From: an uncultured Staphylococcaceae bacterium
Lineage (GTDB): Bacteria > Bacillota_I > Bacilli_A > RFN20 > CAG-826
NCBI GenBank assembly: GCA_964416025.1
Contig: CAYQCJ010000001.1
Span: 41,586 to 105,585 of the forward strand
Reading direction: 5' to 3'
Length of the DNA: 64,000 bases
Part shown: in pieces, positions 10,501 through 20,741 of the stretch
Numbering within the stretch: the stretch's first letter is position 1
Layout of the letters: every line of letters starts with the position of its first letter
Translations under genes and position numbers: made by a program
The notes under the pieces: model-generated
What the model saw: the letters and a program-made list of their open reading frames with translations, nothing else
Databases searched by the model: none
What the model was told of the DNA's origin: nothing

Positions 10501-10633
10501 TAAAATTAATGCTAATTATAATTATTATTTATTGCTATTTATTTTAGGAATGCTTTCGACAAGATGTTTAAGAGTTTTTTCTTACAATTATTTAGAGTTA
10601 GAAAGTGATAGAATAAACTAGGTATAAATAAAC

Positions 10634-13600
10634 ATGGACAATTTGATAAGAGCAGAAATAATTGAAGCAATTAATAATAATAATTGGATCGAAATTTTGT
10701 ATAAAAAAGATTCCGAATGCAAAGAAACTTATTTTAATATCGGTATAGAAGGAATTGATATTGATAATAAAAAGCTTAATGTTAGAATTTTTAATCAATA
10801 TAAAAGCCTTGAGGTTGTTGATAATGTTGTTTGTATTTCTTTCGATAAAATCACAAAGGCATCTAGACTTGAAGGAACATATTTTCCTTCTAGTAAGAAA
10901 ATAATTGATATAGCAAATAGTATTAAAACAAATTGGTTAAATGAAGGCTGTTTTAATTTTCAAGTATTAAAATATTTTAGAAAATGTTACAAATACGATA
11001 ATGATCCATTTGTTGACAAAATAATACAATTCGAAGGAATAAATTACGAAAATTTGTTGCAAGACAAAAAGATTAAACTGAGTGAAGAACAGTTCAAAAA
11101 TTTTATTGCAATTATTCAAGAAATTAATGGATATCGAATCAAAAACTGTGACTTTTACTCTTTATGTTTAAGTGATTATTCTATTGTAAACCACGACAAG
11201 GTTTATCCAGTTATATATTATGAAATAACATTAAATTTTTTGGACAAAACTATAAGAATTGATGGAGAGAGATTGGTAAACTCTTCTTTTGGAATTGAAG
11301 GGAAAAAAGTTTCTTTAAATAAATATATAGACGGGATTAATTTAGACTTCTTTTTGAATATTTACGAAAAAAAACGCGACGAGACGATAAAATCGATAGA
11401 AAATAATTTTGATTTAGATGAAAAATCGAACACAAAACCTTTCTTTTATATTCAAAAACGTGGGCCAAATCAATGTGTTTTTGATGCTTTGGACGCTATT
11501 GGTCAAGCTTATTATGATAACGAATTCACTTCACCAATTAAGTCGTTTTTTGGTTTTCATTATGTTTCTAAAGTTAACAACATCAAACCTAAAATTTATG
11601 TTTGTAACAACAAACAATTAAATTCTAATCAAGCTAAAATTTTGTATAGGTCTATTAAAGATGATGTTTTATATATTCAAGGCCCTCCAGGAACCGGAAA
11701 AACAAACACTATTTTTAATATTGTTATTAATTTGTTCTTAAATAATCAAACGTGTTTGATTTGTTCTAACAATAACAAACCAATTTCTGATATTTTTATG
11801 AAGATCAATAAGGTTAAATTCAGCGATTCCGAATTGTGTCTACCAATAATTAGAATTGGAAATGCAAATGTTATGGTACAAGCGGTTGAAAGATTGCAAA
11901 GTATAGTAAATATAATCAATAAAAATAAAGAAATTAAATTTGATATTAAAAAGTTATATAACAATCTTAATTGTATAGAAAAATCTTACGATAATTTAAT
12001 TTACTCAATAAAAAATTATATTGATGAGGAGTTTGTTGATAAAAAAGTTGACCTTCTTGAGAAAAATCTTAATATAATTGATAATTCTAAGATTGAGTCG
12101 AAGATTAATGAAGAGATAAATTCGTTAAAGAAAAACAAAAAGAACATTAAAAATGTAGATGTTGATTCGGAAATTAAAAGCTCCGTTTCTTGTTTTGATA
12201 ACCAAGATTTTTTAGATTATCTTAAATATATATCCTATTCGCATCTAATTAACATATTCAATGAAGAAAATTCCTATTTATTAAAGATTATTAATAATAA
12301 AGATTTGCAAAAAGCAGGGTATGAATTAAGTCAATATTTAAAAAATAGCACAAATTTGAATAATTTTTTAAAAATATTTCCAATGATTTTAGCAACAAAT
12401 TTATCTTGTGGAAATTTGGGGCCCGCAAAACCTGTTTTTTCATGTGTGATAATGGATGAGGCTGGACAATGTAATGAAGTTTCTTCATTGGTTCCTATTG
12501 TAAGAGCAAAAAGACTTATTTTATGTGGTGACACAAAGCAACTTAAACCTGTTTGTGTTCTTGAAGACTCGATAAACAGGAGATTGATGAAAGAATACAA
12601 TGTTGATCAAATATTCAATTATTTAAACAATTCTGTTTTGTCTTTAATGTTATCTCAAGACAATTTTTCTAAAAGTATACTTCTTGAACATCATTATAGA
12701 TGTGCTAAAAAAATAGCTAATTTTGCTAATCAAAGGTTTTATGGAGGCCAACTTATTTTGGACAACAAAGAAGAGGGTGTTTTAAAATATTTGAATGTTC
12801 AAAATATTAATTCAGGGAATTTGGATAGAAATGCAAATATTGATGAAGCTAGATGTATTGTTGAATTTATAAGAGACAACAATTTAAAAGATGTTGGGAT
12901 CATTACTCCGTATGTTTCTCAAGCGAAATTGATTAATTCTGAATTAAAAAAAGAGAAAATTGATGGAATTAAGGCTGGTACAATTCACACTTTACAAGGA
13001 AGTGAGAAAGACACAATTATTTTTTCTACATCAATATCCAAACGAACATATCAAGGTGGTTTAAAATGGATAGACGAAAACTATCAACTCATAAATGTTG
13101 GCGAAACAAGAGCTAAAAAAACATTTGTTTTTGTTGGCGATCGAGAAATTATCAACATTAAGAGTAAACAAGATTCTAAATCAGATTTATATAATTTATC
13201 GGAGTATGTTGCAAGCAATGGAAACACAATTGTTGTTCCTTCAGATAAAATATTGTATTCAAATTTTTCTAATGATTCTCAAAACGAAAAAGAGTTTTTT
13301 GATACGTTATCATATTATTTTGGAGCAAGAAAAAACAAATTTCTTGTTAAAAGAAATGTAAACATTAAAGAAGTAATAACAAACATAAGTGATGAAGACC
13401 TGAATATATGCAAAAATTTTGAATACGATGTTGTTATTTATATAAAAAAATTATTTAAAGTACAACCGATTTTTGTTCTTGAACTTGATGGCCCAGAACA
13501 CGCATTTAATAAAGAAACTATAATGAGAGATAAGATAAAACAAGAAATTTCTAGCAAATATAACATAAAAATTATTCGTTTTTCTAATCGCCAAACATAT

Positions 13601-13678
13601 GATTATAGATTTATATTTAATGCACTGAAATTTCAATTTAAAGGCAAAGGCGATTATTTTGACGATTTTATTTGCTAA
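10634..13678 (+). CDS. SF1 (Upf1/DNA2-like) helicase fused to a C-terminal DUF559/Vsr-like endonuclease domain, 1014 aa
   Basis: Walker A GPPGTGKT (around 11685). DEAGQ (around 12455). GDTKQLKP, ITPYVSQ, GTIHTLQGSEKD and VGETRAKK (motif VI). The C-terminal ~100 aa read YDVVIYI...IFVLELDGPEHAF...RDKIKQE...IKIIRFSN, matching the DUF559 D..E.DG..H....D signature. The N-terminal ~330 aa are uncharacterised. Very AT-rich. Confidence 0.8.
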   Translation: MDNLIRAEIIEAINNNNWIEILYKKDSECKETYFNIGIEGIDIDNKKLNVRIFNQYKSLEVVDNVVCISFDKITKASRLEGTYFPSSKKIIDIANSIKTNWLNEGCFNFQVLKYFRKCYKYDNDPFVDKIIQFEGINYENLLQDKKIKLSEEQFKNFIAIIQEINGYRIKNCDFYSLCLSDYSIVNHDKVYPVIYYEITLNFLDKTIRIDGERLVNSSFGIEGKKVSLNKYIDGINLDFFLNIYEKKRDETIKSIENNFDLDEKSNTKPFFYIQKRGPNQCVFDALDAIGQAYYDNEFTSPIKSFFGFHYVSKVNNIKPKIYVCNNKQLNSNQAKILYRSIKDDVLYIQGPPGTGKTNTIFNIVINLFLNNQTCLICSNNNKPISDIFMKINKVKFSDSELCLPIIRIGNANVMVQAVERLQSIVNIINKNKEIKFDIKKLYNNLNCIEKSYDNLIYSIKNYIDEEFVDKKVDLLEKNLNIIDNSKIESKINEEINSLKKNKKNIKNVDVDSEIKSSVSCFDNQDFLDYLKYISYSHLINIFNEENSYLLKIINNKDLQKAGYELSQYLKNSTNLNNFLKIFPMILATNLSCGNLGPAKPVFSCVIMDEAGQCNEVSSLVPIVRAKRLILCGDTKQLKPVCVLEDSINRRLMKEYNVDQIFNYLNNSVLSLMLSQDNFSKSILLEHHYRCAKKIANFANQRFYGGQLILDNKEEGVLKYLNVQNINSGNLDRNANIDEARCIVEFIRDNNLKDVGIITPYVSQAKLINSELKKEKIDGIKAGTIHTLQGSEKDTIIFSTSISKRTYQGGLKWIDENYQLINVGETRAKKTFVFVGDREIINIKSKQDSKSDLYNLSEYVASNGNTIVVPSDKILYSNFSNDSQNEKEFFDTLSYYFGARKNKFLVKRNVNIKEVITNISDEDLNICKNFEYDVVIYIKKLFKVQPIFVLELDGPEHAFNKETIMRDKIKQEISSKYNIKIIRFSNRQTYDYRFIFNALKFQFKGKGDYFDDFIC

Positions 13679-13745
13679 CAATTTTTACTATCTATAAAGC
13701 ATTTCGATCTAGCTAAATGCCGACTAAATCTGTAAACTGTTTTAT

Positions 13746-16682
13746 ATGAAGAACGACCCAATACTGTTTGATAACCTTATAAATTCTTATGTTGACTCAT
13801 CAAACAAAATCGAATCAGATTTTTTACCCTCTTTTATTTACAACAAAACTGATAGAGATGACATAAAACAAGTAAAAGACACTATTGTGGATAATTTAAG
13901 AAAATGTGACGAGTTCATTTTTTCTGTAGCATTTATAACTGCTGGTGGGTTGGCAATATTAAAAGAATATTTGAGGGAATTAGAAGAAAAAGGAATTAAA
14001 GGTAAGATACTAACAACAAATTATTTACGGTTTACAGATCCTAAGGCTTTACGTGATATTTCGAATTTCAAGAATATTGAATTGAAGATGTTTTATGTTG
14101 ATGAAAACAATACTGTTGGTTTTCATACTAAGGGTTATATTTTTAGATTTGGTGAAAATTATAAGGCCATTATTGGAAGCAGCAATATTACTCAAGACGC
14201 ATTGACAATCAATAACGAGTGGAATAATCAAATAATTTCTACTAAGCATGGGACTATTATTAAAGAGATTTTAAGTGACTTTGATCGCATTCGGAATGAA
14301 GCTATTTCGATTGATAAAATTATCGATAAATATGAAGAAAAATATGTTGTTGAATTTAAGAAAATAAAACTTGATGACAACCCTGTTATTAAAATATTTA
14401 AGCCAAATGCAATGCAAATTGCAGTTATGAATGAGTTGAATGTGTTGATTGATAGGGGCGAGAAAAGAGGTTTGTTAATCTCGGCCACAGGAACAGGAAA
14501 GACATATGCTAGTGCTTTTGCTGTTTCGTCAATTAATAAATTTAAAGTCAAGAAATTGTTGTTTGTTACACATAGAGAAACCATATTATCTCAAGCCATC
14601 AAAACCTATAACAATATATTTGGCGACAAAATTAAAACTGCTTTATTAACAGGGAATAGTAAAGATATTGAAGGGGCAAATTTTATTTTTGCAACAGTTA
14701 ATACGATTCGTGAAAAGAAAATATATGAATCTTTTAAAAAAGATGAGTTTGACTTTATCATTATTGATGAAGTTCATAAAGTTGGAGACAATTTATACCA
14801 AAACATAATTAATTATTTTGAACCAAAGTTTTTAATGGGTATGTCTGCCACACCGGATAGATTAGATCATTATGATTTATATAAATTATTTGATCATAAT
14901 ATTATTTATGAAGTTAGACTTCAAGACGCTCTTGAGGCTAAAATGTTATGTCCTTTCCATTATTATGGTATAAGTGATGTTATCGTTGATGGAGAATCTA
15001 TAGGTGATACGTCAGATGTCACATTATTAACTTGTAAAGAAAGAGTTGATAAGATTATTAAAGAGTCAAACTTTTACGGATATTCAGGCGATAGATTAAA
15101 GTGCCTGGTTTTTGTAAACTCAGTAGATGTTGGACAAAAACTATCGTCATTATTAAATGAAAGAGGCCTTAAAACTAGATTTCTTAATGGAAACGATTCT
15201 CAAGCAATTCGTAATCAATCAATCGATCAACTTGAAGAGGACGACATAAGTAAGCCTCATTTAGATATGCTTTTAGCTGTTGATATTTTTAATGAAGGCG
15301 TCGATATTCCTTCAATTAATCAAGTTATTTTATTACGTCCAACTGAAAGTTCTATTATATTCTTGCAACAAATAGGTAGAGGACTTAGGTTGTATCCTGA
15401 CAAGGAATTTGTTGTGATAATCGACTTTATTGGTAATTATGCCAATAATTACAATAAACCATTATCAATTGGAATTAGTGATAAGAGCAATCTTGTTAAA
15501 ACAATATTTAATCCAATAATTGTTGGTCCATCAACAATGGTTTTTGATCCAATTACCACAAAAAGAATCATCGATTCTATAGAAAAAGTTAATTTATCAC
15601 AATCAAAAAATATTTTAAATCAATATCAGGATGTCAAAAATAGGGTTGGGCGCATACCCACTTTGATTGAGTTTGAGCAAAACGGAAAATTATCTTCTAG
15701 AGTTTTTATGGATTATAAAACCTACAGATCGTATTATGATTTCCTTTCAAAAAAAGAAAACAATTATCAAGGAAATTTATCACAAAAACAAAGTGATGAA
15801 CTGGAATTTATATCTTATTCAATTGGAAATGGATTAAGATTAGCAGAGCCTTTGATGCTTAAATGTTTATTGGATGGTTATAATGAAAGACATTTTTCAA
15901 AACTAATGAAAGATAATTCTTTAACTTATGATAACGATGTTAGAGAGTCAGTTTTGTCCATATTAACCTTTGAATTTTATGATAAAAAAGGATTAAAAGA
16001 TAAACCATATCCAGTTATTGAAATGTGTAATAACGAAATAGTTCTAACTGAAAATTTTAAAATGGATTATCAGAATCCAGATTTTAAAAAGATGATAGAC
16101 ATGATTTTAGAATATTCATTATTTGAAAATAAAGGGGTGTTTGCGGGGTATTTTGATAATAAAATGCCTTTTAAGCGTTACGAAAAATATACGAGAAAAG
16201 ATGTTGCTAGACTAATTAATACAACCAAAAACGATGAGTCAACAATGTATGGATATATGGTTTATGAAAAGCTAAATTGTGTACCAATATTTGTTACATA
16301 TAGTAAGGAATTAGATGAATTATCTACAACTAATTATGAAGATAAATTTATAGATAATTCAAATTTTATTTGGTTTAGTAAAAGCAATAGAACATTAGAT
16401 TCTGTTGATATGAAACAATTCAAAAAAATAAATGATAATGGTGGGAAGTTATTATTGTTTATAAAAAAAGCAAACTTTAAAAATACTTCAAAAAACAAAG
16501 AAGATTCTTCCTTTTATTTCATAGGGAACTGTAAAATCGATTATAGTAAAGGTAGTGCTCCAATTAACACTGTTATGAAAGATGGAAAAACCAAGATTGT
16601 TAAAATGATTTTAAATCTTGATCAACCAGTAAAAGATGATATTTATAGATATTTAACTTTGAATATTAAGACAAACGACTAA
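13746..16682 (+). CDS. PLD-family nuclease domain, SF2 DEVH (ResIII-like) helicase and a ~350-aa C-terminal domain of unknown function, 978 aa
   Basis: N-terminal HKD-like motif FHTKGYIFRF...IIGSSNIT (around 14120). Helicase motif I SATGTGKT (around 14495). Motif II IIIDEVHKV (around 14770). Motif III GMSATP. Motifs V/VI IFNEGVDIP and QQIGRGLR. The long C-terminal extension is consistent with the DUF3427-type tail usually fused to this architecture. Confidence 0.8.
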   Translation: MKNDPILFDNLINSYVDSSNKIESDFLPSFIYNKTDRDDIKQVKDTIVDNLRKCDEFIFSVAFITAGGLAILKEYLRELEEKGIKGKILTTNYLRFTDPKALRDISNFKNIELKMFYVDENNTVGFHTKGYIFRFGENYKAIIGSSNITQDALTINNEWNNQIISTKHGTIIKEILSDFDRIRNEAISIDKIIDKYEEKYVVEFKKIKLDDNPVIKIFKPNAMQIAVMNELNVLIDRGEKRGLLISATGTGKTYASAFAVSSINKFKVKKLLFVTHRETILSQAIKTYNNIFGDKIKTALLTGNSKDIEGANFIFATVNTIREKKIYESFKKDEFDFIIIDEVHKVGDNLYQNIINYFEPKFLMGMSATPDRLDHYDLYKLFDHNIIYEVRLQDALEAKMLCPFHYYGISDVIVDGESIGDTSDVTLLTCKERVDKIIKESNFYGYSGDRLKCLVFVNSVDVGQKLSSLLNERGLKTRFLNGNDSQAIRNQSIDQLEEDDISKPHLDMLLAVDIFNEGVDIPSINQVILLRPTESSIIFLQQIGRGLRLYPDKEFVVIIDFIGNYANNYNKPLSIGISDKSNLVKTIFNPIIVGPSTMVFDPITTKRIIDSIEKVNLSQSKNILNQYQDVKNRVGRIPTLIEFEQNGKLSSRVFMDYKTYRSYYDFLSKKENNYQGNLSQKQSDELEFISYSIGNGLRLAEPLMLKCLLDGYNERHFSKLMKDNSLTYDNDVRESVLSILTFEFYDKKGLKDKPYPVIEMCNNEIVLTENFKMDYQNPDFKKMIDMILEYSLFENKGVFAGYFDNKMPFKRYEKYTRKDVARLINTTKNDESTMYGYMVYEKLNCVPIFVTYSKELDELSTTNYEDKFIDNSNFIWFSKSNRTLDSVDMKQFKKINDNGGKLLLFIKKANFKNTSKNKEDSSFYFIGNCKIDYSKGSAPINTVMKDGKTKIVKMILNLDQPVKDDIYRYLTLNIKTND

Positions 16683-17055
16683 TTAATTTATCGACAACAA
16701 TTATATCAGCAGGAAGAAAATCCACTGTATTTAGCTTGTCTTTTTCTAAAAATTTAGCATTTTCTGCTTCTAATAATTCAATGTGATCGTGTTTAAGAGA
16801 GCAAATAAAGCAATCCATGATTAAATGGAAAGTTGGATATGTATAGTCGACAGTACATAAAAATTCATCGACTTTGATATCAGCATTTAATTCTTCTTTT
16901 ATTTCACGAATCAAAGCTTGTTCGCTTGTTTCGCCAGCTTCTAATTTTCCGCCAGGAAACTCCCATTTATCTTTGAATTCTCCATAACCTCTTTGAGTAC
17001 AAAATATTTTATTGTCTTTTATAATAATGGCAGCAGCTACATGTATTTCTTTCAT
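16666..17055 (-). CDS. NUDIX hydrolase (MutT-like)
   Basis: Nudix box GGKLEAGETSEQALIREIKEELNA. Convergent with the helicase island and overlaps it by 17 nt. Confidence 0.85.
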   Translation of the reverse strand: MKEIHVAAAIIIKDNKIFCTQRGYGEFKDKWEFPGGKLEAGETSEQALIREIKEELNADIKVDEFLCTVDYTYPTFHLIMDCFICSLKHDHIELLEAENAKFLEKDKLNTVDFLPADIIVVDKLISRLS

Positions 17056-17162
17056 ATCTAAAAATCCTTTTTCTGATTATAGCATTTTAAGCTTTATTTA
17101 GCTTTCCAATATATTTTAGTTTTTAAAAAATAATGATGCTTTATAATGAAATTAGGTAAACT

Positions 17163-18176
17163 ATGGAAACTTATCTCGTTATTATAATCGTTATTGCTTC
17201 AGTAATTGTTCTTTATATCCTTTTAGGACGGTTATTTTTTAAATTATATGCAAGAAACAGAAGAGATGGATTGCCTTATTTTAAATATCAAAAATTAGAA
17301 GATTTTCCTGGATTAAATGAAGAAACATTCTCATTTGTTAACAGAGATAACTTAACATTAAGAGGATCGATATATTTTTATGGAAATAAAACTAACATAT
17401 CAAAATATATTCTTTTTATTCATGGTAATACTCAAGGTTACATTCAATTAATCCATCTATTTAATGCTTTTGCTAAGAAAGGATATGGAATTATTGCTTA
17501 TTCTATGGAAGGATGTGGAAGCAGTGATGGCAAAAGAATTAAAAATTTTACTCGTGGATTATATGATTTTATTGATGCTACTAAATATTTATCATCTTTA
17601 ACCTTTTTAAAAGATAAACACATATATTTAATTGGTCATTCTTGGGGTGGTTTCGTTGTTTGTAATAACAATATATCTACATCATTAAAATTTGAAAAGG
17701 TCGTTTCTTTTTCGGCTTTTAATTCAGAATTAAGGCTATTAAACAATATAAGTAAGATTGCTTATATCTTGTATCCTTTATATAAATTAATGTATCGAAT
17801 TAAATACAAAGACATTTATAAAATCAACTCTTTAGATTCGCTTAAAGAAACAAATATTCCTACATTATTAATCCACGGAACCAAAGATAAAGTCGTTAAT
17901 TATAAAAAGAACTTTTTATATATGAAGAATAATTTAAAAGATAAAAATAATGTTTCTTTTTTAAAACTAAATCGAGGACATGTTTCTTTTTTAAATGATA
18001 AAAGCTCTTTATATATGGATAAATGTCAAAAGAAATTATTAATTTATAGTTATTTTATGTTTATTCCATTTTTCAGAAATAAATGCAAAATGTTTGCAGA
18101 AAATATTAACTATAAAGAAGTAAGTGATTTAGATAATATTTTAATAAATAAAACAGATGAGTTTTTAAAACAATAA
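17163..18176 (+). CDS. Membrane-anchored alpha/beta-hydrolase
   Basis: N-terminal transmembrane segment. GHSWGG nucleophile elbow. Confidence 0.6.
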   Translation: METYLVIIIVIASVIVLYILLGRLFFKLYARNRRDGLPYFKYQKLEDFPGLNEETFSFVNRDNLTLRGSIYFYGNKTNISKYILFIHGNTQGYIQLIHLFNAFAKKGYGIIAYSMEGCGSSDGKRIKNFTRGLYDFIDATKYLSSLTFLKDKHIYLIGHSWGGFVVCNNNISTSLKFEKVVSFSAFNSELRLLNNISKIAYILYPLYKLMYRIKYKDIYKINSLDSLKETNIPTLLIHGTKDKVVNYKKNFLYMKNNLKDKNNVSFLKLNRGHVSFLNDKSSLYMDKCQKKLLIYSYFMFIPFFRNKCKMFAENINYKEVSDLDNILINKTDEFLKQ

Positions 18177-18205
18177 CAAAATATTTATCCTAAAAACTTT
18201 GCTTA

Positions 18206-18229
18206 AAATGCTTTTTAAAGTAAGCATTT
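18206..18229. terminator. Possible bidirectional hairpin between convergent genes (AAATGCTT...AAGCATTT)
   Basis: 8-bp inverted repeat in an A/T-rich context between the + gene ending at 18176 and the - gene ending at 18228. Confidence 0.3.
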
Positions 18230-18803
18230 ATTGTTTAGGAGCTCTTCTAGAAGCAAATTTATAAAGAACATGTAATTTTCTTAAGTTATATCTAAGAATA
18301 AGCATTGGAATTAAACTTAAAAAGCAATTAACAATTGCTATTGGAAGATTGATTGCATACCAACTTGAATATGGAGGAATTGCGATGATTGCAAAACCAA
18401 AAATTGCTCCAAATAAATGACCTAACATTCCGTAATTGGCTTCTAAAATATATCTTTTTAAATATTCTGTATTATATGGATCATCAATCTTGTCTTTATG
18501 GAAAGCAGTAAATCCTCCTAATTCAGGGACTTTATCTTTCCATTTCTTAATTTGTAATTTTTCATAGAAACTGGCTTCTTTTTTTGTGGCAGCAAATCCA
18601 GTGTGTTTTTCATCAAACCATTTATTAGGTAGTCTTCTAATAATAAATGCAAAAAGCCCATCAATGGCGATAATTGTTATAACCATAATTGATGGATAAA
18701 TTAATGTAAACCATAAATCTAAATTAAAAAAAGTGTGGAATATCGAACTAAAAATAGTAGTAATAATCGCAGTTCCGATAATTAAAACAAGGTAGAAAAT
18801 CAT
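18228..18803 (-). CDS. Integral membrane protein of unknown function
   Basis: Several hydrophobic segments. The last gene of the overlapping minus-strand operon. Confidence 0.4.
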   Translation of the reverse strand: MIFYLVLIIGTAIITTIFSSIFHTFFNLDLWFTLIYPSIMVITIIAIDGLFAFIIRRLPNKWFDEKHTGFAATKKEASFYEKLQIKKWKDKVPELGGFTAFHKDKIDDPYNTEYLKRYILEANYGMLGHLFGAIFGFAIIAIPPYSSWYAINLPIAIVNCFLSLIPMLILRYNLRKLHVLYKFASRRAPKQ

Positions 18804-19651
18804 TTAATTTCTCCCTTATAAGAATATGTTAATGGTTCTTTATAGACTTCTTCATATTTTTCTTTAACCATTTTATAGTTTTCTTTTCTCATATATTCTT
18901 CGTTTTCTTTAGTAGATAAAGTAGTGTTAGGATAAATTGGTTTCATAATATGGATTGTGTAACCAAAGACATCTAATCCATCATTTCCAACAACACCCGT
19001 ATCTCGTAAGGAAATAAAGATAGGAATAACTGGAACATTTGCTTTAGAAGCAAAGTGAAAAGCCCCGCTTTTATAAGGGCGAGGTTTAGTGTAATTAGTC
19101 CATAAAGCTTGTTCTGGATAAACTAAAATCTTCTCACCTCTAAGCAATAAATTGTTTGTAGCTTTTAAAAAGTCTTTAAAAACATGAAGATCGCTAGGAA
19201 TTGGGAGGGTATTGCAGTGTCTAAAAAAGAATCCGTATAATCCTTTAAAAGAAGTGAAATTACCTTCTCTAATTATTTTATATAAATCATGTTTGTTTAA
19301 TTCATCTTTAATAGCCCAATAAATCGCAAAATTATCGTAAGGGTTAAAGTGGTTAGAAGTAATAATTGCTCCGCCTTTAACTTCTCTAAAGTTTTCAATG
19401 CCAATAACATCATCAATAATAAAAGCTTTTGTTTTTACTAATTTTTTAATGAAGTTAAAGGCGATTTTATTTACGAATTTTGTTTTAATTTTTGAAGATA
19501 ATTTATTGTATTCAAAATCAACTTCACCTTTCTTTAAAGGGATAGTTGGAGGATTAATATCAACATCGACATCAAATAAACCTTTGCTTTCTAAATCGGC
19601 TATTTTTTCATTAATTGATTGCTGCTTCGAGTTCGCCATTTGCTTCTCCAT
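18800..19651 (-). CDS. Lysophospholipid/glycerolipid acyltransferase (PlsC-family fold)
   Basis: HX4D motif ITSNHFNPYD and the PEG-like block VYPEQALW. Overlaps its neighbours by 4 nt and 41 nt. Confidence 0.6.
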   Translation of the reverse strand: MEKQMANSKQQSINEKIADLESKGLFDVDVDINPPTIPLKKGEVDFEYNKLSSKIKTKFVNKIAFNFIKKLVKTKAFIIDDVIGIENFREVKGGAIITSNHFNPYDNFAIYWAIKDELNKHDLYKIIREGNFTSFKGLYGFFFRHCNTLPIPSDLHVFKDFLKATNNLLLRGEKILVYPEQALWTNYTKPRPYKSGAFHFASKANVPVIPIFISLRDTGVVGNDGLDVFGYTIHIMKPIYPNTTLSTKENEEYMRKENYKMVKEKYEEVYKEPLTYSYKGEIK

Positions 19652-20579
19652 ACTCTTTATTAAGTTTGATTGCTTTTAAATTTTCTTCATAAGCAATCTT
19701 AGATAAATTATCATACGATTTCCAATCACGAGCAATACGTTCTGGAGAATAATTTTCTTTAATCTTTAATATTTCTTGATAATAAGATGTAAGTTTAGCG
19801 TATTTCCAGAATAAATCACCATAAAGAATTCCGTCTTCGTGCCATGGTTTCCAAGCTATTTTATAGTGAACAATACAAACTGTCTTATCTTTAAAAGAAG
19901 GGGCCTTTACAGGGGTTTTATTCCATTTTAAAGGTAAATAGTGTACTTGCCCTTTGCATAAAAGATTTAAACAATCTTGATCTTGAGCAAGAGGGAATGT
20001 TCTTACTTTTAGTAAAGAAAGGAATTTATTTAAGATATCAAATTCTCTAAGACCCTTAAGGTTCATAACTAAAACACCAGCATTGAAATAGTTTTCTTGA
20101 GGAACACCTAAAACAGTTTCGGGATATGCTTTTAAGTTAGAATCTAAAGGCATAACTTCTTCAGTGATTCCACCAAGGAGTTTGTTCTTTAAATTTGTTT
20201 CATAAAATTTAGAAATATCGCCTTCAACAATGATATCGCAATCTAAATAGATGGCTTTATCATATTGAGTGAATAATTCAGGAATGAAGAAACGATAATA
20301 GGTGGTGTTAGTGTAATAATCACGTGTATATAAAAGTTTCTTAAATTTATCTAATTCTTTATTAACATCAACGAATTCAATTGAGAAGTCATCTTGCATG
20401 ATATCTTTGATTTGTTTTTGATTTTTAAGTGATAAGTCTGTTTGAAGAACATAGAACTTATATTGGTATTTTATAGATGCGTTCATCATTAAAGAAGTGA
20501 TGCAAACACCGAGCATTGGTGAATAGTTATCATCAACAGCAAAGAAAATTGGAATAATTGGTTTTGATCTTTTGCTCAT
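19611..20579 (-). CDS. Family 8 glycosyltransferase (GT8)
   Basis: FFAVDDNY N-terminal motif and a DXD block (YLDCDIIVEGD), typical of GT8 retaining glycosyltransferases. Confidence 0.7.
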   Translation of the reverse strand: MSKRSKPIIPIFFAVDDNYSPMLGVCITSLMMNASIKYQYKFYVLQTDLSLKNQKQIKDIMQDDFSIEFVDVNKELDKFKKLLYTRDYYTNTTYYRFFIPELFTQYDKAIYLDCDIIVEGDISKFYETNLKNKLLGGITEEVMPLDSNLKAYPETVLGVPQENYFNAGVLVMNLKGLREFDILNKFLSLLKVRTFPLAQDQDCLNLLCKGQVHYLPLKWNKTPVKAPSFKDKTVCIVHYKIAWKPWHEDGILYGDLFWKYAKLTSYYQEILKIKENYSPERIARDWKSYDNLSKIAYEENLKAIKLNKEYGEANGELEAAIN

Positions 20580-20661
20580 AAATTTCCCCTTTTCGAGTAA
20601 CCATAGGTTAGCATTGTTAATATATAGAAGGTATCTAATAGGATAAAATGGAGGTATCTTG

Positions 20662-20726
20662 TTTTTATAGTCAACTCTCGTAATAAGAGAATGTGTCGTT
20701 ATTATCTTGCTTTTCGACTATAAAAA
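20662..20726. promoter_or_regulatory. Distant 11-13-bp inverted repeat (TTTTTATAGTCAA ... TCGACTATAAAAA) just upstream of the XRE regulator gene
   Basis: Reverse-complementary arms about 40 nt apart in the divergent intergenic region. Candidate autoregulatory operator pair. Confidence 0.3.
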
Positions 20727-20741
20727 TCCTATATTATTGAT

